Shown: positions 8,581 through 17,563 of the stretch, piece by piece | How positions within the stretch are numbered: the first letter of the stretch is position 1 | How the letters are laid out: each line of letters starts with the position of its first letter | The notes under the pieces: model-generated | Told to the model about the DNA's origin: nothing | Seen by the model: only the letters and a program-made list of their open reading frames with translations | Database searches by the model: none | Program-made: the position numbers and the translations under genes | From: a virus | IMG/VR virus record: IMGVR_UViG_3300020202_000069 | Coordinates: 4,524 to 68,523 of that record | Strand: one strand, 5' to 3' | Length of the DNA: 64,000 nt

Positions 8581-9477
8581 CTACCTCCCGACGTAGTAGG
8601 TCAGCGTGGTGCCCCTGCGTACGATGGGCGACCGGAGCGCCTGGAGGTTCAGGCCCATGACCTCGCTCAAGGTGTTCCCGACGCTCCTCGCGAACGCTTC
8701 CAGCGTCGTGTCGACGCTGATCGTGGCCTGCGCTGTCGGTCGCGCCACGGTGGCCTCGAGTTGCGACCGAAGGTCAAGCGACGACGCGTACAGTGCATTC
8801 AGCGCATCGACGGCGGGGTAGTCGAGCGGGTCATCGCGCGTCCGAAAGATGTCGAGGATCGACTCGATGACCCCAAAGACCTTGTTGAACGCGCCCAGGA
8901 TCGAAAGCTTGGCGCTGAAGATCGCGCCCTTGATCTGGTTGATCAGGTCGAAAAGGCTGCTCGTGCTCTCCCCGGTTGGGTACGGTACGCCGCGCGCGGC
9001 CATGGCCTTGTCCGCTGCACGCGCGAGCGTCACCACGTCGAGTTTCTGCGGGACGAGTCCTTGCGGTCCCGCGGGATCGTCCAGCGTCTCGACCCATGTA
9101 ACATCGATGATGATGCCCGATCGGATCTCGGCGCGGACATCGAACTTGCCATTGAGGACCCGCGCACGCACCGGCCCGAGGAGCGGATGAACCAGATCCC
9201 CCGCAGAGCTGTCCAGCAGGGCATCGCGCCACTGATTCCAGAAGCCGGGGAAGACCGTCCCGTCGCCCGTGGTGTTGATAAAGAAGATCCGAGCCATGAA
9301 CTGGAACGGCATCCGACCGGTGTTGTCGTGGATCGCCCCGTCGATGTACGGGATCCGGCGCTCCGCCTGCTCGTGCTGGAACTCGCAGCCAACTAGAGAG
9401 TAGTCTGGAGCATCGAGTCCGCGCCAGGTCAGGATCGGTAGCGCCGCAATAACGTTGGCGCCGGAGACGTTGGCCAT
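8581..9477 (-). CDS. Mu gp43 (N) DNA-circularisation-like tail protein with LysM-like C-terminus
   Basis: TWRG...ERRIPYIDGAIHDNTGR...LVHPLLG N-domain; C-terminal TLEAFARSVGNTLSEVMGLN...IVRRGTTL. Confidence 0.8.
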   Translation of the reverse strand: MANVSGANVIAALPILTWRGLDAPDYSLVGCEFQHEQAERRIPYIDGAIHDNTGRMPFQFMARIFFINTTGDGTVFPGFWNQWRDALLDSSAGDLVHPLLGPVRARVLNGKFDVRAEIRSGIIIDVTWVETLDDPAGPQGLVPQKLDVVTLARAADKAMAARGVPYPTGESTSSLFDLINQIKGAIFSAKLSILGAFNKVFGVIESILDIFRTRDDPLDYPAVDALNALYASSLDLRSQLEATVARPTAQATISVDTTLEAFARSVGNTLSEVMGLNLQALRSPIVRRGTTLTYYVGR

Positions 9478-9481
9478 GGGA

Positions 9482-11689
9482 CTAACGACCGTTCACGGTG
9501 CTCGGCTGGTTCGCCGCTGCGAGTCTCTGGAGTGCACGCGTCGCATCCTCCGCGGCATTGGATAGACTGGCCATCTTGGAGTCTGCATCCATGGGAGCGC
9601 CGGTGCGGTTCTTCTCGTTGATCCTCTGCGCCGTGATCTGCTCCTGGAACTTGTGGCGCAACTCCCGTTGCTCCGACGTCTCATCGCCCATCAGGCCGTG
9701 CAAGTAGTCGTTGGAGACAATCGGGTCCGCCGGGTTCTTTGCGAGCTTGCTTGCAACGAACTTGGCCCTGAGTTCTGCGTCCTCGGCTGTAGGGTTCAGC
9801 GCCGCGTACTGCTGCGCAAAACCCTCCGGGGTCATATAGCTGAAGACATCGGCCGCTTCCCCGGTCGCCTTCTCCTTCTCGTTGAAGATGGTCGTCCGGA
9901 GATCGCGTAGTTCCTTCTGGCTGCTCCCGATCTTCTCCAGATCCTTGGCGCTGGCGGAGAACTCCGAAAGACCACGTGGAGCAAGGCGAGCATTGATGCG
10001 GTCGAGTTTCTTCTGCGCATCGGCTGCCTTTTCCGCGTGCGTCTTCTCCCGCTTGGTGATGAACCCGCTGTCCTTGAGGAATCCAGCGAACGCCGTAAGC
10101 GCCTCGACGGCGAGCCCCACGGCCTCGATAAACGGGTCCATGGCCGAGGTGTCCTCGGCTAGCTTCGTCGCGAGTTCCATGAGCGACGGCAGCACGTCCG
10201 CTGCAACCTTGGACTTGATGGACTCCCATGCGGCGTTCAGCCGACTGCTTGCGCTGCTCTGAGCTTGCGCCGCATCGTCGACAACGCCGGCCCAGGAAGC
10301 CGGAGCATTGATCGCGGCATCAAGTTGCTCTCGGAGTGCCCTGACACCGGCCGCGGTCTTCTGCTCCTCGGTAGCCTTCTGGTTCTCCTTGCCGTGTCGC
10401 TCGCGCGCCTCGTTGAACGTGGAGATCAGCGGGCTGACCGCGCGGATGCCCTCCTCGTCAAAGATCTTCTGGAGCGCCGGCAGGCTGCCCTTGTTCTTGG
10501 CGATCGCGTCCACCAGGATGTCGCGTACGTCGCGCGTCTTGCTCGTGGACCCCTTCTCGAAGACGTCGGCCCCTACGGCGCTGAGCTTTGCGGACTTTTT
10601 GATAAGCTGCCGGAACATGGCCTCTGTTGCCGTCGCGGCTTGCTCAGGCGATCCCGTAGCAGAGCGTGCGATCTGGGTGAGACCACCCAGGATCTTGAGC
10701 CCTTCAACGCCTTTATGGACACCGAATCTCGATGCAGCGGCACCGACACGTGCGAATTGAGACGCGGCGTCACGCAGCTCGAAGGCACCGGATTTTCCCT
10801 GAAAAGCAAGGGCCGCGAGCGCTTCGCGCATCTCCTCCAGACTCGTCACGTCGAATTTCTGAAAGATGTCTGCCGCAGCATTGCTAATGTCCTCGACCTT
10901 GGCTCCGGTCGCACTGGCCACGGTCGCGAACGTGGGTGAAAACCTGCGTGCGAGGTCGAGCCGTCCAGTCTTGGCCACGAATCCGGCGGCGCCCTCAGCA
11001 ATGTCCGCCGCGGCAACACCGGGGTTCGCGATAGCCGCAGCCTCAAACTCTTTGCGCAGCGTCGTGGCATTAACGAATGCCTCACCGGCACCACGCGCGT
11101 TGATGCTGACGCGGTTCACCGCATCCTGGAGCTTCATTGAGTCGCGCGCGGCAAGCCCAATCGAGGCAAGGATCCCCCCGGTGCCAGCGAGCACTCCATG
11201 ACCAGCGGCGCCCTTGATGTCGGAGAAGAGCCGTCCGATGCTCTTCTCTCGAGCAGCCCTTGTCTTGGCGGCGAGCCGAGCCGCAGCAGCCTCGCGCCGC
11301 TCCTCGAGCCGCTGCTGCTCGTTGAAGTGCCGCTGCTGGATCCGATAGACGAACCGGGACGCGCGCTCCTCCTCCCGGATCTTGGCGTCAGCCGCGCGCT
11401 TTGCCGCCCTGCTCTGCGCCTGCGCTTGGCGTTCAGCGGCTCGGCTAGCGGCTGTTGCAGCGCGCTCCTGATCGGCTGCTACGCGCTTCGCCAGGCGCTC
11501 CAGTTCCGAGACCGGACGCTTCGCCTCGCGCACGCCACGCGTTGCCGTCGATCGTGTCGCCGCGACCGTGGACGCGACCGAGGCTTCTACCGAGCGAGCG
11601 GACGCCTTCGCGGCGCGATCGATCGTCTTGAATGCGTCGGCGATCGAAGACGCGCCGGTGGCGACGAATTGGTAGCGGACAGTCGGCAC
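9482..11689 (-). CDS. Tail tape measure protein (735 aa)
   Basis: Ala-rich helical protein with GKSGAFELRDAASQF core typical of TMPs. Confidence 0.92.
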   Translation of the reverse strand: MPTVRYQFVATGASSIADAFKTIDRAAKASARSVEASVASTVAATRSTATRGVREAKRPVSELERLAKRVAADQERAATAASRAAERQAQAQSRAAKRAADAKIREEERASRFVYRIQQRHFNEQQRLEERREAAAARLAAKTRAAREKSIGRLFSDIKGAAGHGVLAGTGGILASIGLAARDSMKLQDAVNRVSINARGAGEAFVNATTLRKEFEAAAIANPGVAAADIAEGAAGFVAKTGRLDLARRFSPTFATVASATGAKVEDISNAAADIFQKFDVTSLEEMREALAALAFQGKSGAFELRDAASQFARVGAAASRFGVHKGVEGLKILGGLTQIARSATGSPEQAATATEAMFRQLIKKSAKLSAVGADVFEKGSTSKTRDVRDILVDAIAKNKGSLPALQKIFDEEGIRAVSPLISTFNEARERHGKENQKATEEQKTAAGVRALREQLDAAINAPASWAGVVDDAAQAQSSASSRLNAAWESIKSKVAADVLPSLMELATKLAEDTSAMDPFIEAVGLAVEALTAFAGFLKDSGFITKREKTHAEKAADAQKKLDRINARLAPRGLSEFSASAKDLEKIGSSQKELRDLRTTIFNEKEKATGEAADVFSYMTPEGFAQQYAALNPTAEDAELRAKFVASKLAKNPADPIVSNDYLHGLMGDETSEQRELRHKFQEQITAQRINEKNRTGAPMDADSKMASLSNAAEDATRALQRLAAANQPSTVNGR

Positions 11690-11695
11690 GGGGGA

Positions 11696-12064
11696 TTACA
11701 GGCTGTCGATCTGATCGCCGAGACCATCCACGTAGTATTCGAGTTCACGCTCGGCGTTCTCGATGGCGTCTTCCATCGCCGTGAGGCTCACGTGACGCTG
11801 CGATGTGCCGCCCTGCATGAGGTAGGACGCATGCGGAACGTCGATGGTGACCACGGTGTACGCATCACCGCCGAAAGACTGACTCTCGGCAAAGGTACGT
11901 GCCTGGGTTCTCCCGGTCCGATTCTGGTACAGGTGATTCTCGCGGCTGTACTTGGCAGCGTCTTTCCCGATCTTGTCGAGCGCTTGTGGAACTCCGCGGA
12001 GCAGCTTGGATGCAGTGGATGTCGCCTCCAGAACATCCGTGATGTCCACCGACACGGTGATCAT
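11696..12064 (-). CDS. HK97 gp10-like neck/tail-completion protein
   Basis: YQNRTGRTQ...PHASYL motif pattern; 122 aa. Confidence 0.55.
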   Translation of the reverse strand: MITVSVDITDVLEATSTASKLLRGVPQALDKIGKDAAKYSRENHLYQNRTGRTQARTFAESQSFGGDAYTVVTIDVPHASYLMQGGTSQRHVSLTAMEDAIENAERELEYYVDGLGDQIDSL

Positions 12065-12675
12065 GCTGGCTCAACCTTGTCTTCGGAAGCCGCCGCTTCC
12101 ACGAGGAGACGAAGCTCGGAAACCTTCAGGCTCAGCAGGACGACCAACTGCGTGAGCACTTCCCGAGGGAAGGTGGCCATCATCGTCTCCGGGATCGAAC
12201 TGCCGGCCGTCTTGGTGCACGCCTCGATGATCTGGTCGATGCGCTCGTCGTCGATGGTCTCGGGTGCTGGGCCCAGCTTTGCGCGCGCCTCGTTTGCAAG
12301 GTTGATCAGGACCCCGATGCGCTCGGTCTCGAGGTGCTGGCACATCCACTTGGGGCCAGGGAACGCGGGGTAGTTGGGGTTCGTGACGTCGCGACAGAAC
12401 TCGAACGCGATGAAGGCCCCCTTGGTATCCTGGAGGATCTCCTCGTCCGACTTTACCTGCTCGATGTCCCCCGCCAACTCCTGTACGTACTTGTGCGCTC
12501 CAGCGAGCGCGCGGTCCTGCTCCAGCTTGGTCGGGATCCGGATCGCGATCTGCCGGATTGAATTGCCCCCGAGCCCCATGAACCCGGACACGTCGAAGAC
12601 CATCGTCGGGCGCTCGCGTGCCTCGATGGCTCTGGCTAGCTCGCTCTTTCGTTCCTCGGGCTGCTGTTTGTTCAC
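12061..12675 (-). CDS. Tail assembly chaperone-like protein 2 (~204 aa)
   Basis: GTG start overlaps upstream TGA; frame is also open upstream across a slippery site. Confidence 0.6.
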   Translation of the reverse strand: MNKQQPEERKSELARAIEARERPTMVFDVSGFMGLGGNSIRQIAIRIPTKLEQDRALAGAHKYVQELAGDIEQVKSDEEILQDTKGAFIAFEFCRDVTNPNYPAFPGPKWMCQHLETERIGVLINLANEARAKLGPAPETIDDERIDQIIEACTKTAGSSIPETMMATFPREVLTQLVVLLSLKVSELRLLVEAAASEDKVEPA

Positions 12676-13268
12676 TGGGTGCTCTTTTTGGCAATGCGAC
12701 CCGCCACGGCACACGCCGCCCTGTAGGCCATCCACTGGCCGTCGGTGAGGTCGCAGAGAGGGATTCCGAAGTACAGATCCGGGCGCTCTGCCGCGTGCCC
12801 GAGGCCCACCTCAATGCACCGCCCCAGCGACATGGTGATGGCGATGTTGGCGGGTGCGCCTGCGCCCTCTTCTAGGCGCTTCATCCAGGTGGTGAAGTGA
12901 CTCCGGGCGTACGTAGGCGACACGCGGAGGAGGGCGTCTTCCACGGCCCTGGACAGGGCATCGAACTCCCGCGGCGCGAGCAGGAGCGGCTCGTCCGCAG
13001 AGCGGAATACGAGACCCTCCTCCGCGCACAGGGCGAGGTAGATCCGATGACTCCGAAGGCGCGAATAGCGGACCTCGAGAGACTCGAAGCTCTCTGCCGT
13101 ATCGACGGCATCGGCCTCCTCGAGACCGCGGAGCCCGCGCACATGGAGCGGCCCGTGCTCGACTCCCGGGATCTCGTAGTTGACCGGCCACGTGGGGCGC
13201 GGCGTGCGGATCAGCAGCCGAAAGAGCCGCGCTGGAGCGACGTCAGCCGGCGGCTCGCCACGCATCAC
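12672..13268 (-). CDS. Tail assembly chaperone-like protein 1 (198 aa)
   Basis: Immediately downstream of tube gene; C-terminal YFGIPLCDLTDGQWMAY. Confidence 0.6.
   Translation of the reverse strand: MMRGEPPADVAPARLFRLLIRTPRPTWPVNYEIPGVEHGPLHVRGLRGLEEADAVDTAESFESLEVRYSRLRSHRIYLALCAEEGLVFRSADEPLLLAPREFDALSRAVEDALLRVSPTYARSHFTTWMKRLEEGAGAPANIAITMSLGRCIEVGLGHAAERPDLYFGIPLCDLTDGQWMAYRAACAVAGRIAKKSTQ
12684..12690 (-). promoter_or_regulatory. Candidate -1 programmed frameshift site C AAA AAG
   Basis: In-frame GCC AAA AAG near the end of chaperone 1; the -1 frame (CAA AAA GAG) is the open frame of chaperone 2. Confidence 0.5.
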
Positions 13269-13270
13269 GG

Positions 13271-13651
13271 TCAGTCAAAGTTGCCCGGTCCGCCATGGAA
13301 CTCGAAGGAGAACTCCACGGTCTTACCGACCCCCGAGGAGATCTTCGGCTTGCGGATGAAGCCTTCGCTGATCAGCGACTTCCCGGTCGCGGCGCTCTGG
13401 AACTTCATCTCTACGATCTCCGAGTCGTTGGCCTTCTGAAAGGCGTCGAACTCGAAGCCGCTGGACGGCACTACGTTGGTCAGGTTGGCCATCACCTTCT
13501 TAGGGCTCGGGGTCTGCCCGGCGAAGCCCTTGGCAACGGTCATGACGTCTTGATCGTCGCTCTCGAGGGTGAGTTCGACCTGTTGGTTCTCCGAGAGGAG
13601 CGCGCCATTCGCGAACACGAAAAATTGATCGTACAGCGTGACCGACGCCAT
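13271..13651 (-). CDS. Tail tube protein
   Basis: 126 aa directly after the sheath gene; all-beta pattern. Confidence 0.8.
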   Translation of the reverse strand: MASVTLYDQFFVFANGALLSENQQVELTLESDDQDVMTVAKGFAGQTPSPKKVMANLTNVVPSSGFEFDAFQKANDSEIVEMKFQSAATGKSLISEGFIRKPKISSGVGKTVEFSFEFHGGPGNFD

Positions 13652-13660
13652 GGGAGGACC

Positions 13661-15217
13661 TCACTGCGCCGCGCTGACGTCGCGCAGCGTGAATTCGGCC
13701 TTGTTGTTGTGCTCGACCGCGACGAGATCGACCTGGACGCTGATACCGCCGGTGATCTTCCGCGCGACGATCGAGTTCTTTTGCTGGGTCACCGTACTGG
13801 GATCCAGAATGGGCCCCAGGTACGTTCCACCGACCGGCGCAGCGCTCGTGAGGTCGTCGATCACCGAGGCGACAAGCCCACGAACCGAGCTCGGGTACGT
13901 CGTCTTCGGGAGCGGCTTCTGCCCCTGAGGAGGATCCGCGGCGAGGAAGGGTTGACGCTGGGCGGCGTACTTCGCCTGGATCTGCTCCCAGGCAAAGTCG
14001 ATCGCGCTCGGGATATGCCCCTCGCGAACCCGGTAGTCGTTGGTAGTCGTTCCAGGCACGAGGCTCTTGCTCGTGACCTGACGAACGATGAACGGAGCGC
14101 CGAGCGTGGTGAACGAGATCGGGCAGATCCCGTTGTTGAGGGCGTTCCGGATCTCGGTCGTGGTCGGCACGTCGTTCTTATCGTTCGGCGGAGGAACGAA
14201 GAAGGGTGTCGAGTCGCCGTTCGCGTAGCCGGTGAGATTCGCGCTGGGATGCAGGATCTGCTGCTGGCGCATCACCGCGGTGCAGTGCGCTGCGAGCATG
14301 CCGGGGGTCCAGTCGTTATTTTCTTGCCACCAGAAGAAGGCGCGCGAGCTGTTGGCCGCCGAAGAGGTTGCGACCGCGATGGCCTGGGAGTTGGTACCGA
14401 CCAAACCGAAGCACACAAGCTGGCTCCTGCCATTGATCGGCAGAGCTTGTGTGGTGATGTTCGTGATGTGCTCGCCGATCCCGTTGTCGGTCGCTGTCAC
14501 GGCGCCCGTCGCGTGCTTCGGGCTGATCTGGTAGTAGAACGTGCCCGCAGTCACAGCCGCAGCGAAGGCGTTCGTGAAGTCGTCGGTGCCGCTGCCATTG
14601 GTGACCGAGCCCTTGGTGCAGGTCGAGCCGACGCTCTTGCGGTAGGTGACACGCAGACGGTTCAGGACCAGATTACCGCGGTCCCCCGTATTGGCGCAGG
14701 TGACGTCGACGATCTTGGCATCGCCGCCATTGACGGCCGCCGTGAACGGCCAGGTGCCCTGCTCGGCGTTGTTGATGGTCGAAACGAGGTTCGTGGCCTG
14801 TGTCTCAGGTGAGTCACCGGATGCGACAGCAAACGAGGCTGTGAATCCACCCCACTTGACATCGACCGTCGTCGTGTCCGTGGCTGCTGTCGCGAAGGTG
14901 AACTGCACCGTGCCCGCTGATCCGCCACCGGGCTCCGCCACCGCGATCGCGTAGATGGTCGCATTCTGATCGACCATCGTATAGGTCCGGTATTGCTGGT
15001 AGATCTCGGAGCGAGCCCCGAAACGATCCTTGCAGTCCTGATCGCTCTGGATCGGGTCTCCGATCGTGGTGGCGGTTTCGCTGCCCGCGCTGGTCTTGTT
15101 CCCATAGATCAAGACGTAGCGTTCGCCACCTGCACCGAGGGACTCGCCTGCGCCGAGGATGATCTCCCGGCGGATACTCGGGGTCGGATCGTTGGGATCG
15201 ACGCCTGTGAGAGGCAT
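13661..15217 (-). CDS. Contractile tail sheath protein (Mu gpL-like)
   Basis: 518 aa; LIYGNKT, FGARSE, ALNNGICPI motifs. Confidence 0.92.
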   Translation of the reverse strand: MPLTGVDPNDPTPSIRREIILGAGESLGAGGERYVLIYGNKTSAGSETATTIGDPIQSDQDCKDRFGARSEIYQQYRTYTMVDQNATIYAIAVAEPGGGSAGTVQFTFATAATDTTTVDVKWGGFTASFAVASGDSPETQATNLVSTINNAEQGTWPFTAAVNGGDAKIVDVTCANTGDRGNLVLNRLRVTYRKSVGSTCTKGSVTNGSGTDDFTNAFAAAVTAGTFYYQISPKHATGAVTATDNGIGEHITNITTQALPINGRSQLVCFGLVGTNSQAIAVATSSAANSSRAFFWWQENNDWTPGMLAAHCTAVMRQQQILHPSANLTGYANGDSTPFFVPPPNDKNDVPTTTEIRNALNNGICPISFTTLGAPFIVRQVTSKSLVPGTTTNDYRVREGHIPSAIDFAWEQIQAKYAAQRQPFLAADPPQGQKPLPKTTYPSSVRGLVASVIDDLTSAAPVGGTYLGPILDPSTVTQQKNSIVARKITGGISVQVDLVAVEHNNKAEFTLRDVSAAQ

Positions 15218-15220
15218 GGG

Positions 15221-15493
15221 CTATCCCTCCGCGTGCGCAAGAGCCCTGGAGGCCTCTGCGTGGTTGATGGCGATGGTCTCTCCCAGGATCTCGAGCTCGC
15301 CTTTCGAGGCGGCGCTCCGGAGGTCCTGGTGATCCGTCACGATCTCGACCGTCGGCTCGAAGAGGTCGACGTAGTTGGCATTCTTCGGCGGATCGACCTT
15401 GCGCTTCTGGCCGATGTGACGATGGCGATCATCGATGTGGGGATTCGGCACGAGCGTGCCGACCTTCCCCCGCACCTTTAGGTATCGAGGCAT
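15221..15493 (-). CDS. Small pre-sheath protein, Mu gp38/DUF2635-like
   Basis: LKVRGKVGTLVPNP start; position immediately upstream of sheath. Confidence 0.55.
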   Translation of the reverse strand: MPRYLKVRGKVGTLVPNPHIDDRHRHIGQKRKVDPPKNANYVDLFEPTVEIVTDHQDLRSAASKGELEILGETIAINHAEASRALAHAEG

Positions 15494-15533
15494 GGGTGTT
15501 TCCGCAGCGCCGCGAAGGGGCGACGCAAAAGGG

Positions 15534-16046
15534 TCAGAGCATCAGATGGGAGGCGCGGTGCAGCCAGTTCGTCCCGTCGAAGTAGCCGACGAACCGCGCG
15601 CGCTGGGAGACAGGCATCGTGCAGAGCGTGCCAGCACCAGGACCACCGTTAACGATCGCGTAGGTGTAGGCACCCACGTCGAGCCGTACAACCTCGATCC
15701 AATCTCCGTTGACGGCACCGGTAGTACCGAGGGTGAGTTGTGCGTTTCCGGTGAGCGTGCTGGCGGGGAGTACGCGGTAGCGATTTCCGCTGACGTAGAT
15801 CGTGGCATTTCCGGCAGCGAGATCAGCGCCCTTGTCGGGTCGACGCTGCCGAATCCATGTGCCCGGCGTGCCGCCCGTGTGCTCGAGGACGTTGATGTGG
15901 TCGACCGTCTCCGCGGAGCCCGGCACCCATCGGAAGACCTCGGGTAGGTCAAGCGGTATGGCGTAGTGCTCGACGCCTGGACCTTGGGCGCTCTCGATAG
16001 TGGCGATCGAGGGGAAGATGGTCGCGGCTCGACGCGGGTAGGTCAC
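15534..16046 (-). CDS. Virion protein of unknown function (~170 aa)
   Basis: Start re-assigned to GTG overlapping upstream TGA; beta-rich. Confidence 0.7.
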   Translation of the reverse strand: MTYPRRAATIFPSIATIESAQGPGVEHYAIPLDLPEVFRWVPGSAETVDHINVLEHTGGTPGTWIRQRRPDKGADLAAGNATIYVSGNRYRVLPASTLTGNAQLTLGTTGAVNGDWIEVVRLDVGAYTYAIVNGGPGAGTLCTMPVSQRARFVGYFDGTNWLHRASHLML

Positions 16047-16843
16047 AGGTCCTCGGAGCCGTCCGGCGCAGGCAGGTAGCCCTGGAGGTAGTCCGCAGCG
16101 TTGAAGAGATCGCCGGTCTCCTCCGTGCGAACCGTCACGAGGATGTCGGTCGCCACATCCTGCTCCTCGAACGTGTCGAGCCGTATGGGCTCTAGGACTC
16201 TCACGGATGCTCGTAGACACGGATGCCCGGATTGGACCCCGTACGATGAGCCGGTCCGTGGCCGTGAAACGCCGTCGCGGCCCGTGGTACTGGCAGCACT
16301 GCGCACTCCAGCTTGCACGATCTCGCTCAGGAGCCCCTCGTCTCCACCTAGATATTCTAGTTTGATAAGGTCCAAGACCTGGGCGATACCAAGACCGTTC
16401 TGATAACTCGGGTGGCCCATGCGAGAGACGGACCTTGCGAGCGCAGCATCGACGGACGTAATCAGACCCGAGTACGTGCGCACCTCGTCAATGGAGACGA
16501 TCCGATCGTACACATAGAGCAGGGTGAAGTTTCGCTGGCGAGCATCGCGAGTCGTGGTCCACTCGACGAACTCCGATCGACCTTCCTGCCACAAGAACAG
16601 TGCGGGCAGATTATGTGCAGCGATGACCGATGCCGGATTGAACGCATATCGATTTCCGGTCGGACATGCGTCGGCGACTGGGCGCTTGGTCATCGTTGCC
16701 AACTTTGCGTCCAGTGCCCACTTGATCCAGAACCCGAAGTAGTCGAGGAGCCCCGTAGTTGTAGGATCAGGGAATGCCGCGTCCGCCAAGCCGGCGGGGA
16801 CCGGCAGCGCCAGATCCGCAACAGTGCTCGCGGGGTTGGGCAT
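16043..16843 (-). CDS. Neck/tail terminator-like protein (266 aa)
   Basis: Position between head-tail adaptor and sheath; LPALFLWQEG motif. Confidence 0.55.
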   Translation of the reverse strand: MPNPASTVADLALPVPAGLADAAFPDPTTTGLLDYFGFWIKWALDAKLATMTKRPVADACPTGNRYAFNPASVIAAHNLPALFLWQEGRSEFVEWTTTRDARQRNFTLLYVYDRIVSIDEVRTYSGLITSVDAALARSVSRMGHPSYQNGLGIAQVLDLIKLEYLGGDEGLLSEIVQAGVRSAASTTGRDGVSRPRTGSSYGVQSGHPCLRASVRVLEPIRLDTFEEQDVATDILVTVRTEETGDLFNAADYLQGYLPAPDGSEDL

Positions 16844-16846
16844 GAC

Positions 16847-17026
16847 TCAGATCCGGATCGTGCTTGCGTCTTCGTCGCGAAAAGTTGTCGGGGACTCACG
16901 ACGCCTGCCCAGCCCTCGTATCGCAGCCCATCGCGCAACCTCGGCATCCGTCAGGATGGCCGCGTCGCGGCCATAGAAGGCACGGAGGTCGGGTGCGTAA
17001 TGGGCACGGATCTCGTTTACATTCAT
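16847..17026 (-). CDS. Small hypothetical protein (59 aa, below ORF-track cutoff)
   Basis: MNVNEIRAHYAPDLRAFYGRDAAILTDAEVARWAAIRGLGRRRESPTTFRDEDASTIRI fills the gap with 3-nt spacing on each side. Confidence 0.55.
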   Translation of the reverse strand: MNVNEIRAHYAPDLRAFYGRDAAILTDAEVARWAAIRGLGRRRESPTTFRDEDASTIRI

Positions 17027-17029
17027 CGC

Positions 17030-17497
17030 TCAGAATCCTGCACCATTGTCAGTCCCGTCTGCACTTGGGATCGAGAGTCGAGGTCCGGTATCAAGCACGA
17101 CCCCACCCACGTTCTTGGGGGCCGTGGTTGGGTTTGGCTGATCCGGAAGCTTCTGGATCGCTGCCTGGATCCGAAGCATCAGCTTGTCAGCACGATCCGC
17201 GCGATCCTTGGCTGCGAGTTCAAGCTTGAATTCGCGCATATAGTCCGGGTTGCGCTCATAGGAGTAGGCAACCGCGTACTCAAGAGCCGCATGCTTGACC
17301 AATTCGTCGACGGATTGGGCAAGGGGCATCCCGTAGAAGCCGATCAGGAAGCTGCGCACCATGGCCTCTGCGCGAGCGATCACTGCGGCCACGGCAGTTG
17401 TGCTCACAACACGAGTATTCGTGTCGTCGAACAGCGCCAGCATCGTTTCTGGCGACAGCGCGTTCTCGAGGTCCGTCTGGGAGATGTACGTGCCCAC
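17030..17497 (-). CDS. Head-tail adaptor, Mu gp36/DUF1320-like
   Basis: YISQTDL...VIARAEAMVRSFL...YGMPL motif. Confidence 0.88.
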   Translation of the reverse strand: MGTYISQTDLENALSPETMLALFDDTNTRVVSTTAVAAVIARAEAMVRSFLIGFYGMPLAQSVDELVKHAALEYAVAYSYERNPDYMREFKLELAAKDRADRADKLMLRIQAAIQKLPDQPNPTTAPKNVGGVVLDTGPRLSIPSADGTDNGAGF

Positions 17498-17563
17498 GAT
17501 CGTATCCGCGTCCGAGAGTCGTGGCGCATCAACTCGAGCTGAAGCGTCACGACCCTCCTACGA

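Noticed and set aside
152-17497. Tailocin or extracellular contractile injection system
   Set aside because: Complete head, portal and terminase genes are in the same operon, so this is a phage tail
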